Shown here piece by piece: positions 53,401-64,000 of a stretch of 64,000 nt of DNA (its first letter is position 1; every line of letters begins with the position of its first letter). Under the pieces are notes generated by a model. The model was not told where the DNA came from. It saw only the letters and a list, made by a program, of their open reading frames with translations, and made no database searches. A program made the position numbers and the translations under genes. Origin of the DNA: Felis catus (taxonomy: Eukaryota); the NCBI RefSeq assembly GCF_018350175.1, contig NC_058368.1:176206001-176270000 (forward strand). Direction: 5' to 3'.

Positions 53401-53844
53401 GGGCACCTGGCTGGCTCAGTCGATAGAGTGTGACTCTTGATCTCTGGGTTGTGAGTTTGAGCCCTACAGTGGGTGTAGAGATTACTTAAAAATAAAATAA
53501 GGGCAGCTGGGTGACTCAGTCGGTGGAGATGCCGACTGCGGCTCAGGTCATATCTCACCGTTAGCAAATTCGAGCCCCAAATTGGGCTCCCTGCTGTCAG
53601 CGCAGCCTGCTTCGGATCTTTTGTCCCCCTCTCTTTCTGCCCCTCCTCCTCCCACCCCCGTGTGCACACGTGCTCTATCAAAAATAAACAGTTAAAATAA
53701 AGAAAGAAAAGAAAAGAAAAACACAACACAACAATAAAGAACTGGCAAGTGGGGTGACTGGGTGGCTCAATCAGTGGAACATGTGACTCTTGATCTCAGG
53801 ATTGTAAATTCAAGCTCCACAGTGGGTGTAGAGATCACTTAAAC

Positions 53845-53876
<32 letters not shown>
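53401..53876 (+). mobile_element. Three tandem CAN-SINEs (53401-53500, 53501-53730, 53751-53876)
   Basis: Three heads and tails, with the target sequence repeated three times. Confidence 0.88.
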
Positions 53877-54879
53877 CTGGCAAGAAAATTACAAGAGGGA
53901 AAGGCTTTCTTCAGAGAGATTATAGCTCTAATTGTCCAATTACATACAGTTTATCTTTTTTATAGTTATATTAGCTTCACCATAGATTATGGGTAACTCA
54001 AGAGAATGGACTTAACATTTAAAACTTATCTTTATATCCGTAATACCTTACACAGTTCCTAATAAATACACACAGTTTATATTATACTTGTCTCAATGGG
54101 GTTCAGAATAAACCAAAGGAGATGGACTATCTCAATTGCCAGGAAAACCGAACTTTGAATAGAATGAGCCACTATCAAAGAAGTACCAAAAGTAAAAAGA
54201 ATCTGATCCCACCCTCCCATCAGACACTCAGAATTCTGATAATCCTACCAGAGAAAAGAATGAAATTCATTTATAGTAATTCATTCGTTTTTCACTGGGG
54301 AGGTTGGACAAGTTATTATCCTAAGCTACTAGGGAGCAAGATCCTACCAAGTTCACTCTACCAGGAATATACACAATTTAAAACAAAATACAAAGTTAAC
54401 TGAAGATTTAAAACAAAGGTCTCGAACTGGAGCCACAAATCAATGCCTACATACGGGTTTTGTTCGGCTCACACAATGAAAACATTAAAATGAAAAAAAT
54501 TAATTAAAAAAATTTAATTTTAACTACCAGCATTTAAATTGGAAATTTCATATAAAATTTCTGAATCCTGTTAACAAATGCCACTCTCTTGGGGGGGGGG
54601 GGTCATTGGGTACATATTTCTAGCAAGATCACTTGAACTGGATCACTCAAACTGAAATGAGTTATCCCTTTAAACTGGCCTGTGCTCTCCAGCTTGCTCC
54701 AATCTCTACCAATTGCATTTTACAGATGAGGTATCTAAGCTAACACATTGCCAAAAACCACAGCACAAGCAAAAAGCCTGTTTGTGAATACAGTTAACTC
54801 CAGGACTTTTACTCGTAAGCATTCTGCAACTGGACCTCCAAATCAAAGATAGTTAATGATAAAAGAAGTATTTAAAAGA

Positions 54880-55770
54880 TCTGCGCATGAATGTTTATAG
54901 CAGTTTTATTCACAATGGCCTAAAATCTGGAAGCAAACCCAAAATGGATGGACAGATTGTGGTACATCCATACAGTAACAAGTACTCAACTGATACTTGA
55001 AATGACATGAAATCTCAAAAGCATTATGTTAAGGAAAAGCAGACAGACTCAAAAGACAACACATTCTATGACTGCATTTAAATGAAATTCCAGGAGGGGC
55101 TTCTGGGTAGCTCAGTCAGTTAAAGGTCCCACTTCAGCTCAGGTCACACTCTTGCGGACTGTGGGTTCGAGCCCCATGTCAGGCTCTGGGCTGACAGCTT
55201 GGAGCCTGGAGCCTGCTTCAGATTCTGTGTCTCCCTCTCTCTCTGCCCCTCCCCCCTCTGCGCGCGTGTGCGCACACACTCTCTCTCAAAATAAACATTA
55301 ACAAATAAATAAATGAAATGAAATTCCAGGAAGAGAAAACTATAGTGATAGGAAGTAAATCAGTGATTGGGGCCAGGGGTGAAGCAGGGTCATGAGGGAA
55401 CTTTTTGGGAATGTTCTGTTATCATGACTGCAGAGGTAATTAGATGACTGCATACATTTGTCAAAACTAAAAATTAGGTGAACTGGGGTGCCTGGGTGGC
55501 GCAGTCGGTTAAGCGTCCGACTTCAGCCAGGTCACGATCTCGCGGTCCGTGAGTTTGAGTCCCGCGTCAGGCTCTGAGCCGATGGCTCAGAGCCTGGAGC
55601 CTGTTTCCGATTCTGTGTCTCCCTCTCTCTCTGCCCCTCCCCCGTTCATGCTCTGTCTCTCTCTGTCCCCAAAATAAATAAACGTTGAAAAAAAAAATTA
55701 AAAAAAAAAAAGAAAGTTAGGTGAACTTTATTTTATGCAAATTATACCTCAATAAAGCTGACTTAAAAAG
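54880..55770 (+). mobile_element. L1ME-type 3' end with two SINE insertions (55096-55315; young SINEC_Fc 55485-55712)
   Basis: L1 tail motifs and TSDs AAATGAAATTCCAGGA and TTAGGTGAACT. Confidence 0.85.
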
Positions 55771-56594
55771 AGGTGTTTAGAAAATACTATAAAACTACAG
55801 AGAAGAGTACTATCATCTCTACTTGGGTAATTACGGGAAAACGTCAGGAAAAGGTGATATATGAATTGGATCTCATCATAGAATAATTTTAAGGTGCATA
55901 AGAGATAGAAAACAAAACCTGTAAGTGATTATATTCTGCACTGTAACCTATGAGAAATGGCATCTCTGAATACAAAGAAAATGCTTCATAAAAGGAAATT
56001 CATAGAGATGGATAATCAGTACTTGGATAGGTATCAAAGACAAGTTGATTTCACAAGACTTCCCAAAAGGAAATCAACTCAGACATATATTACTGCTCAA
56101 ATGCAAAATAAGCAGAAAGAAAATGCGTGAAAGTGTTTTTGTTTTTAAATAAAGCAAAATGAAAAGGAAAAGCAAGAGTCAAAAAAAGGTGAAAAGAAAC
56201 TCAAAGGGAATAAAGAAAGGGATGCAAGCAAGGAGGTAAAATAAAGGCAAGAGACACATTTGGTCAGAATAAAAGGTATGTTGGTACTGACAAATTGTAA
56301 GAGAGAAAGGAGATATGTTAGACCTTGATGAAGGACTAAAAGAAAAACTAACAACTATGGGGAAAGAGAGCATCTAATCAAAGTCAGAGCTACAGAGAAA
56401 AGAGACCAGAGACCTGGCAGTATAGAGCAGGCCCAGGAGAAGTAGAGAACAAGGGGAAAACAAAAAAGCACTTTCCTCCTAAATCTCACCAAGTAGTCTC
56501 CTCCCCTTCCATCTATCCCCTCTCCATGACCCTGCCTTAGGTGAAGCCTTCTCATACCCAAGCCTATCCCACAAATCGCATACATCATCTTTCA

Positions 56595-56945
56595 TTTTTT
56601 TAAGTAGGCTCTACACCCAACGTGGGGCTTGAACTCTTGAACCCAAGATCAAGAGTCACATTCTCTACCAGCTGAGCCAGCCAGGTGCCCCGCATACCCC
56701 TTTTATACCTCCTTGACTGGACTAGAATGCTTCCTTTGCTGGTCTTCAAAACTCAGTTCGGGGGCACCTGGGTGGCTCAGTGGGTTAAGTGTCTGACTTC
56801 GGCTCAGGTCATGATCTCAGGGTGGTCTGTGGGTTCGAGCCCTGTGTGAGCTGACAGCTCAGAGCCTGAAGCCTGCTTGGGATTCTGTTTCCCTCTCTCT
56901 CTGCCCCTCCCCTGCTCTCTCTCTCAAAAATAAGTATTAAAAACA
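56595..56945. mobile_element. Short CAN-SINE (-, 56595-56691) and CAN-SINE (+, 56761-56945)
   Basis: SINE heads and tails, TSD-like AAACTCAGTTC / AAACCCAGTTC. Confidence 0.85.
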
Positions 56946-57359
56946 AACCAAACCCAGTTCAAATAGACCTTTTCCGTGAAGTTTCTCCAACTTTCACAGG
57001 CAGAGTTAGTAGTCCCTCTTCCATATCTTCAGAACATGTTGTTCTAAATGCTATCCTGTTGAACTGCAGTGTCTGTCTCCTCTATTAGTCTATGAGCAGC
57101 TCCAGTAGAGCATTCAATAGGAAGGATGAAAACCCTTACTAAAAAGCATTTTAAAAAACCGTGAAGTCTTTTTACAAGTAGGAAATTTTATACATCTTAC
57201 ACATCACAAGTAGGAAGCTAGAAGCCTTGCTGTTTAAAGGAATTCTACAGTGAATCTTTTGAACAAGAGCCCACATGGCCTACCCCTACTTCCTCCCCCA
57301 TACCATAAAGGACCCTTTTGCAAAGTTTTATTTTCTTTTAACTGGCCCATGGTCAACTT

Positions 57360-57561
57360 TTTTTTTTAATATTGTTTTTTTAAGTTTATTTATTTTGAGA
57401 GAGAGAGCATTCAAGCAGGGGAGGGGCAGAGAGAGAATTCCAAGCAGGCTCCACGATGTCAGCACAGAGCCTGACACAGGGCTTGATCACACGAACCATG
57501 ATATCATGACCTAAGCCAAGATCAAGAGTTGAACACTTAGACTGAGCCATCCAGATGCCCC
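57360..57561 (-). mobile_element. CAN-SINE
   Basis: Reverse-strand SINE body. Confidence 0.85.
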
Positions 57562-58599
57562 TTAAAGTTTTATTTTTGTAATGCTTTAAATTTCCAGTGA
57601 ATGGCAAAAACATAAAGAGAAGGCAAACTGCATCAGGAATAGTGTGTAGTAGTCAAAGAAGGAATTTCCTCTCTGAAATGAAAAAAAAAAAAAAAAAGCA
57701 CCTTAAACCCTCAAAGGCAGAACATCATATACTAAAGAAAATAAGTGTACAAAAAGAATCTGAAGAAAACTGGAGGGAACAAAATCAGCACGCTCATAAT
57801 GCTTTCACAGGGAAACTGTCAAAGTCAACAACACCCAAGGATAAATAAGTAAAACATCACTTTGTAACAAAATATGTAAAAGTGGGTTTGGTGTTAAGAG
57901 GACAGAATAGCAGAGGGAAAAAAATGGACAGAATAGCAGGATGATCAGAATTGCTGGGAATCAGTGGGGAGATGAGCGGTTTAGAAAGTCGTTTAGGGAG
58001 TAAAGTTCCGTTTTGGAAGAAAGGTCATGAACTGGTGAAAAAGCATGTAAGGCTTGGCTGGCAGAGGAACGGGATGGTACTGCAGTCACCAAGTAGCACT
58101 GCAGTCCCCTGCAACAAACTCTGAGTCTAACTGTCCCCACTGGGATGAACCAGACTTAGTAGCAAGAACAATTTCACAGTGCTTCCCCAAGACAAGGAAC
58201 ACTGGTATACAGATGAACAATTATCACAAACCTCCAAGAAATAAGAGGTTCCACTCACATTTGCAAAACACTCAGAGACCAAGTGTGCCAAGAGCTAATG
58301 ACAAATCCAAAGGACAAGGCACAGGGGTTTTATGTGTGTGCGCGTGCATATCTGTATGCATGCGTCTAGAAGGAATATGCAACAAATTTAACTAATAGAA
58401 TGTATCTGAAAAAATTTTTTAAGAATTTAAGAGATTTTAAGACATCATCAAAATAGCTTTTACATAAACTTTCTTAAAAGGTCAATTTTTAAGTGAAATA
58501 GATGGTGATTAATTCCTCCCTTCCAACTAAGCCCAACATCTCTACCAATAGCAAACTGACTTACTGCCTTCCAGATAAGCAATCTTTAGCAATTCACTC

Positions 58600-58857
58600 A
58601 TTTATTTAAATTTTTTTAATGTTTATTTATTTTTGAGAGAGAGAGAGAGGGAGAGAGAGAGAGAAAGAGAGAGAGAGAGAAAGAGAGAGAGTACGAGCTG
58701 GGGAGGGGCAGAGAGAGAGGGAAACACAGAATCCAAAGCAGGCTCCAGGCTCTGAGCTGTCAGCACAGAGCCTGATGTGGGGGCTCAAACCCACGAACTG
58801 TGAGATCATGACCTGAGCCGAAGTCCGATGCTTAACCGACTGAGCCACCCAGGCGCC
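58600..58857 (-). mobile_element. CAN-SINE (felid type)
   Basis: TSD-like ATTCACTCATTTA / ATTTACTCATTTA. Confidence 0.9.
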
Positions 58858-60040
58858 GATTTACTCATTTAATTAAACAGTTCACAAGCACTAAAAGATG
58901 TTGGGCACAGGGTGAGGCACTGGGGATATAGAAATAAAGAGGTAGACTCTGATCTCAAGTTGCTCACCAGGTAGATGAGATAAATGAGTAGATAAATACT
59001 GTAGAGTAGAACAAGTACTAATAAAGATAAATTGAGAGGCAATTAAACTATGAGAAAAAAAACTGAAGAGAGATTTGAGAGGTGGTTCCAAGCAGCTGGA
59101 AGTATTAGCATATTCAAAGTAGAAAAGCTTGGGAATACAGTAACTGACACTTTCCCAATCCCACTGTGAGACAGAAAATATTAATCTCTCCCATCACAAA
59201 TTAATAAACTGGATTACCCACAGTCACCCAGGCAAACAGCAGGTTAACTAGAAAAAAGATTATAGGCCACATGATGCTTATCAGTTTTAAGAGATCAATA
59301 TATTCTCCTTTCTCAACTGTCATGCTCGCACTTGAAATCCAGTTCAAGTCAACAAAATTGGAGAAATACTACACAGAAACTAAGCAAAAAGCCACCCATG
59401 AGAAAATTAAGTATATGCCTGTGTAGTATTTTTAGGTTTTGGCATCTCGGCTTCAGTGGGCACTTAGCACCACTTGACGTTTTCCAAGGAAGGGAAGGGG
59501 TAGCAATCTGTACGTTTTGGGGTCTTGTGTGAAAAAGTACCCAACCCTATTTAGGGAATTTCACAAACATCTCAGGCAATGGCACTATCAGTGTGGCTTC
59601 CAAATTAACTGCATGATGTATATAAGAGCTAAGTGTGTGGACGATTCACTGACATCTCTTCAAACAGCTATACACAGTTTTATTAGGCATGATAACCTAA
59701 ATGCACTTTTAGGTATCAATAGGACCATACTCTCGACTGTATTAAGGTTCTTAGGTATCATACCTTAAAAAGCAAAATCTTTTCAATCAGAATGCATCTC
59801 TAAAATAAACAGGACTTAATATTCCAACATTTGCTTTAAAATGTCTCTTCAGGAAAACATCTATCCACAAATGATATAAAAATATAGAATACAATGCTCC
59901 CATGTGCTCTTATTCTAAAAGTTCTTCAAGAGATACGTACATTCTACAAGTGTTCCAATTACTACTTTTGACGCATGTTCACATAGGCTGCAATATCTAG
60001 ACATCTAAGTAATTAAAACCCAGTGACTGATATCTTAGAA

Positions 60041-60235
60041 CAGAGGCTGACAAACTACAACCTTCAACCACAACCGGCTCGTGTAAATAAATCTTATTAC
60101 AATACAGCCCCAAACAAATTGTCTATGGCTGTTCATGCAATTTGCAGAGCTGAGTAGTTGGGCCAGAGACTACATGGCCCACAAAGCCTACGTATTTACT
60201 ATTTGACCCTGAACAGAAAAAGTCTGTCAACCCCT
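60041..60235. mobile_element. MER58A-like hAT-Charlie MITE
   Basis: CAGAGGCTGACAAACTA ... TGGCCCACAAAGCCTA..TATTTACTAT..GAAAAAGTCTGTCAACCCCT. Confidence 0.8.
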
Positions 60236-60819
60236 ATCTTAAAATCATCAGACTAATGACCTGACAAATTATGTCGCCTAAGAGTTTACCTAGCCTGGAT
60301 GATGGAACTACTGAATACAATGAAAGAGAATTCTTCCCCAAAACATCCAAGTCAAAACCCACAGGGAAGCAAACCTCTGCTGATTCATTCCAAGTCATAT
60401 AATTGTCAATCTTGACTAAAAACTAAACTTTCAAAGCAAATGGTGGATTCAACTCTTAATCTTTTAAAAACTGTGTTACATTAATAGAATAAACATACAA
60501 ACTTACTGACTTTCACTGTCACTTGTATAGTTAACCACCACCAGGGAACTATGCAAGTTATTCTTTTACTCCTTAAACTGGCATCCAAGAGCCCACACAC
60601 AGTGAACCAGTAAACAAAGTAGGCCATAATCTTTCTAAGTTTGCTTTCACCTGTCACGACAGAGAATGGGATGGTAAGTGGAACATCCAAAATCTCTTCT
60701 TCTGGATGTATTCAGCCTCTTCTATGCTTACTAGTCTAAAAATCCCAAAGTTGGTATGTAAGTCATAGGGAAGAATTACAGTCACGTAAGTCCTGCTGGA
60801 TCTATTTGCCAGTCTTCAT

Positions 60820-60918
60820 TTATTTTATCTAAGTAAGCACTAGGCCCAATGTAGCGCTTGAACCTGACCCCGAGATCAAAAGCGGCATGATCTACCCACT
60901 GATCTAGCCAGGCACCCC
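60820..60918 (-). mobile_element. Short CAN-SINE
   Basis: Degenerate short SINE ending CCAGGCACCCC. Confidence 0.7.
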
Positions 60919-61959
60919 TCTTTATGCCATTCTTCAAATAAGAAAAAAAAAAAAAAAAAAAGCTAATACTTTCTTTGCTATAAAAGTTGTATTTAAGAAC
61001 TGACGTCTGTTAAAAAATCAGGGATTACATTTTTACATATCATTCTTAACAGTACTGAGTCTATCATGTCCAATTAATACAGAAATTGACAAATCATTTA
61101 TTTACCGATTATTATTATTCTCCAGTTACAATAGGAGATAACGCCTATTCGTAAATACAGACAACTCTTGAATAGCCTCTGCTTGATACCCTAAGTGTTT
61201 AACCAAAGATGCATCAACACGCAGCCTGGTACCCTCGACAATACCAGTGCAGTTACAGTTGTAAGGTGACGTGAACATAAATCTAAATCAAGCATTTAAT
61301 AAGGCGACGGGATGCCAAAATAACCAGGAAACAAAGTAAAATAACTGATTTTCTAACTACTCATACCATCTCCCCCCTTCATCTTTGGTGCTTTCCTAGC
61401 TATTTTGGATAAAAAGAAAACGGGGGGAAATATTTAACAGTGCAATCAAGTGACAACCAGTTTACCACAGATGACCAGATTTACACAAAAGTCTTCTCTT
61501 CTGCTTTTTAAAAAGGAAGTTAAGTCAGATCTTGATCCTATTCCTCACCTGCAGGATATTCAGAAGACAAACTCCTAAAGAGCCTTCAAATGTAAATAAT
61601 TTTCTGAAGGCTGTTTTCTCATGAAATTGATTCACGTGAGCTACAGATTTATGTTAGCAGGAGGGGCAAATTACTCCTAAGACTGGACAAGCAAGTGCGG
61701 GGGCGATCTTCAGAAGGTACCCTGATGAAAACATGGAAACCCCACCCAGCTCTTAACTTTCTCGGCTTTTTCTAGTCCCGGCTTCTGTGCAAAATCCAGA
61801 GAAGCAGAACTTCCTCCACACTGCCTGCCTCTATCTGAGGCCTTGTGCCGAAATTCAGACCGCTAGTTATCCAAGTACCTTCTTAAGGTAGTCGTAAGGC
61901 TCAAGCCCGCTCAGAAAACAGCAAAAAGGTTTGCTTTCTTGGATTAGAAGAGAGCAATT

Positions 61960-63470
61960 ACAGGGTTTGGCGGCCGTGTTTGTCAGGAAGGGTAGGGCAG
62001 AGAAAGAGGGAGAATCCAGAGATTGAGCTCCATCTAGTCCCAGGAACCACCCCCATGGGCGGCTAGGCTGCCCTCGGTACTTCCCTGCCTCCTCTGCTCG
62101 GGAGGGGAGAGCGGTGGGTCGGGGTCTGGCTCCCCTGAGCTACTTCCTGGTCCGATCGGACTCGCCTTCGGACACCCGAAACGCCCCCGGCCCGGCTCCC
62201 TCGCCCTTTGCCCTGTCTCCTCCCCTCTCAGTGACCCACCACCACCGGTCCCCTCCCATCTAACATGGCCGCCCCACCCGGCCCACCCCCCGGCACAGCC
62301 TAACCAACTAGGGGGGGGGGGGGTCCGCGGCACCGCCTCCCCCAAGCCCATTGGCGCGGCAGTCTCCGTCCGCCTGCCCCATTGGGCCGAACGGCCTGCC
62401 ACTCCGCGCCGAGGGCTCCGCCTACGAGCCGCTTCAAGCTGCTTTGAGAAGACATATAAACAAATCCCGGGAGGGAGGCCCCTCTCGCCCGTCTCTGGGG
62501 CGGAGACGGGAAGGGGGAGCGGCTACCCCAGAGACACCCCTGCCTGGAGCCCCCCCACCCCCAGCTCGCGCTTCCTAGTCTCTTGCCTGCACGGTTCCAA
62601 CCTTAGTGGACCCGGCCCTTCCTCACACGCCCCTCTCTCTCCTCCCCCGCCAGCCTCGCCTCCCCTCCCTTCTCCGGCCCCTCCCACCCGCTCGCTTCTC
62701 TGACAGGCCGGTTGCCGGCAGCCACGGCCCCGGGCTTGGAGGCAACAGTGAAGGGCCGGGCGGCCTGGCAGGACAGACGCCTGGAGCTGCCCACCCCCGG
62801 TCTACCCTGCCGCCCACCCGTGGGTCCCCTCTACCGCCGCCCCGCGCTTTTATATAACCGTCCCGGGCCGGGGGTGGGGGAGGGGAACCGGAGACCCCGT
62901 GACCGGCAGGCGGCAGCCTGAAGCCCGCGCGCCCCCAGACTCGGCCCTGGTCCCGGCCCCCGCCCCGCGCCGGCCCGGCTCAGAGCCCCGGCGCTGCTGC
63001 CTCGTAGGCCAGCGGCCCTCCTCCGCCCCTCGCCTGGCTAGTCCTCCAGCCCAGACCCCTGCGGGATCTGGGCGGAGGGCAACGGAGCTCACCTGTGCGT
63101 GTGGGGGCGGCTCAGGGGCTCGGTCCGGTTCCGCTGCAGGGGCCGCGGCCCCTCTCCATGCTGCCTCGGTTTGTTTTGTTTATGTCCTTCCTGACGGGTT
63201 CCCGGAAATCGCGTGACTCGCCCCCCTCACGTGGGCCGCGGCGAGGAGGAGGAGGGAGGCGGGGGCCCGCCGGCCTCGGGCCAATCGCGAGACGCTCTGC
63301 AGCCGGGCCAATCAGGAGCTCGGCCCGGCAGGGCACCCCTGTCACATGACGCCGGAGGGGCGGATTGCCGGGAAAAACCAGGAAGAGGGGGCGGAGCGGG
63401 GGCTTGGCGCCTGCCACTGCTGCGTGGGCGTGGGCCGACTTTGATACCCAGCCACACTCACGTTTGTAGA
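61960..63470. promoter_or_regulatory. CpG island / CREBRF promoter
   Basis: Very GC- and CpG-rich. CCAAT at 63281 and 63308, CACGTG at 63228-63233, GTCACATGAC at 63341-63350, GC box at ~63387, ETS-like CCGGAAAT at 63202. Confidence 0.9.
63093..63220 (-). other. CREBRF: CREBRF non-coding exon 1
   Basis: Strong donor CAG|GTGAGC at 63093, inside the CpG island and just downstream of CCAAT/E-box motifs. The TSS is approximate. Confidence 0.8.
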
Positions 63471-64000
63471 GGAGGTTCATTTACAATGACTTTCCCATCC
63501 AGCGTTTTATCTGATCTCACAGCTACACGGTGAGGCCTGAATATACGTATACCCGTTTATATTTATGTTTATGCCAATTTGCATTTACATTCGAAGTTCA
63601 GTGAAACTTGAAGGGGGCTCCGGGACCATAGGGGCATAAACTTAGGAGAGGAATTGTATCGACTGTTTTAGGTATGTCCTCCACATCTGAACCTCTTAAT
63701 TTGCTGAGACTGACCTTGCCTTTAGTCTTTCGTTCATTCAACTAATATTTATTGCGTACGTAAGCCCTAGACACTGGGATCAACTATATTGCGTGCACAT
63801 TTGAGAGAGAATACCTGTACACGACTGTACAAACAGGGTGCTAACTAGAAGCGCCTACACAAACAAACCTTCATAACACATGTGCCTGAGGTTTTCTTGT
63901 GCTCCCTAATCCTGTTGATAACAATAGCCACCCTCTGCTCCTGAACGTGTACTGTGTGGTAGGCTCATCATCTCATTTAGTTCACCCTACAGGGACGCGC

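Noticed and set aside
62034..63533. Multiple overlapping Pro/Gly/Arg-rich ORFs
   Set aside because: Expected by chance in a CpG island. Only the AUG-initiated 15-aa tail of ORF 63112..63480 is kept, as a uORF.

Overview
Mammalian (carnivore, most likely felid judging by SINEC_Fc-type CAN-SINEs) genomic DNA. The window holds the complete CREBRF gene (Luman/CREB3 recruitment factor, bZIP) on the minus strand: a CpG-island promoter and non-coding exon 1 near 63.1-63.2 kb, eight coding exons that I spliced by hand into an intact 1920-nt, 639-aa ORF with GT-AG introns, and a ~5.6-kb 3' UTR ending near 5.77 kb. The promoter and first coding exon of BNIP1 (also minus strand) follow at ~1.2-1.5 kb. 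Introns are filled with CAN-SINEs, old L1/HAL1 fragments, MIR, MER5/MER58/Tigger DNA transposons, one ERV1-type solo LTR and microsatellites. I found no RNA genes, CRISPR arrays or novel protein-coding genes. The best candidate for undescribed biology is a translational-control module in the CREBRF 5' leader: a strong-context 15-aa uORF, an A19 run, and an in-frame CUG in optimal Kozak context that would add a 23-aa basic N-terminal extension. Repeat family names come from recognition by eye and are unverified.
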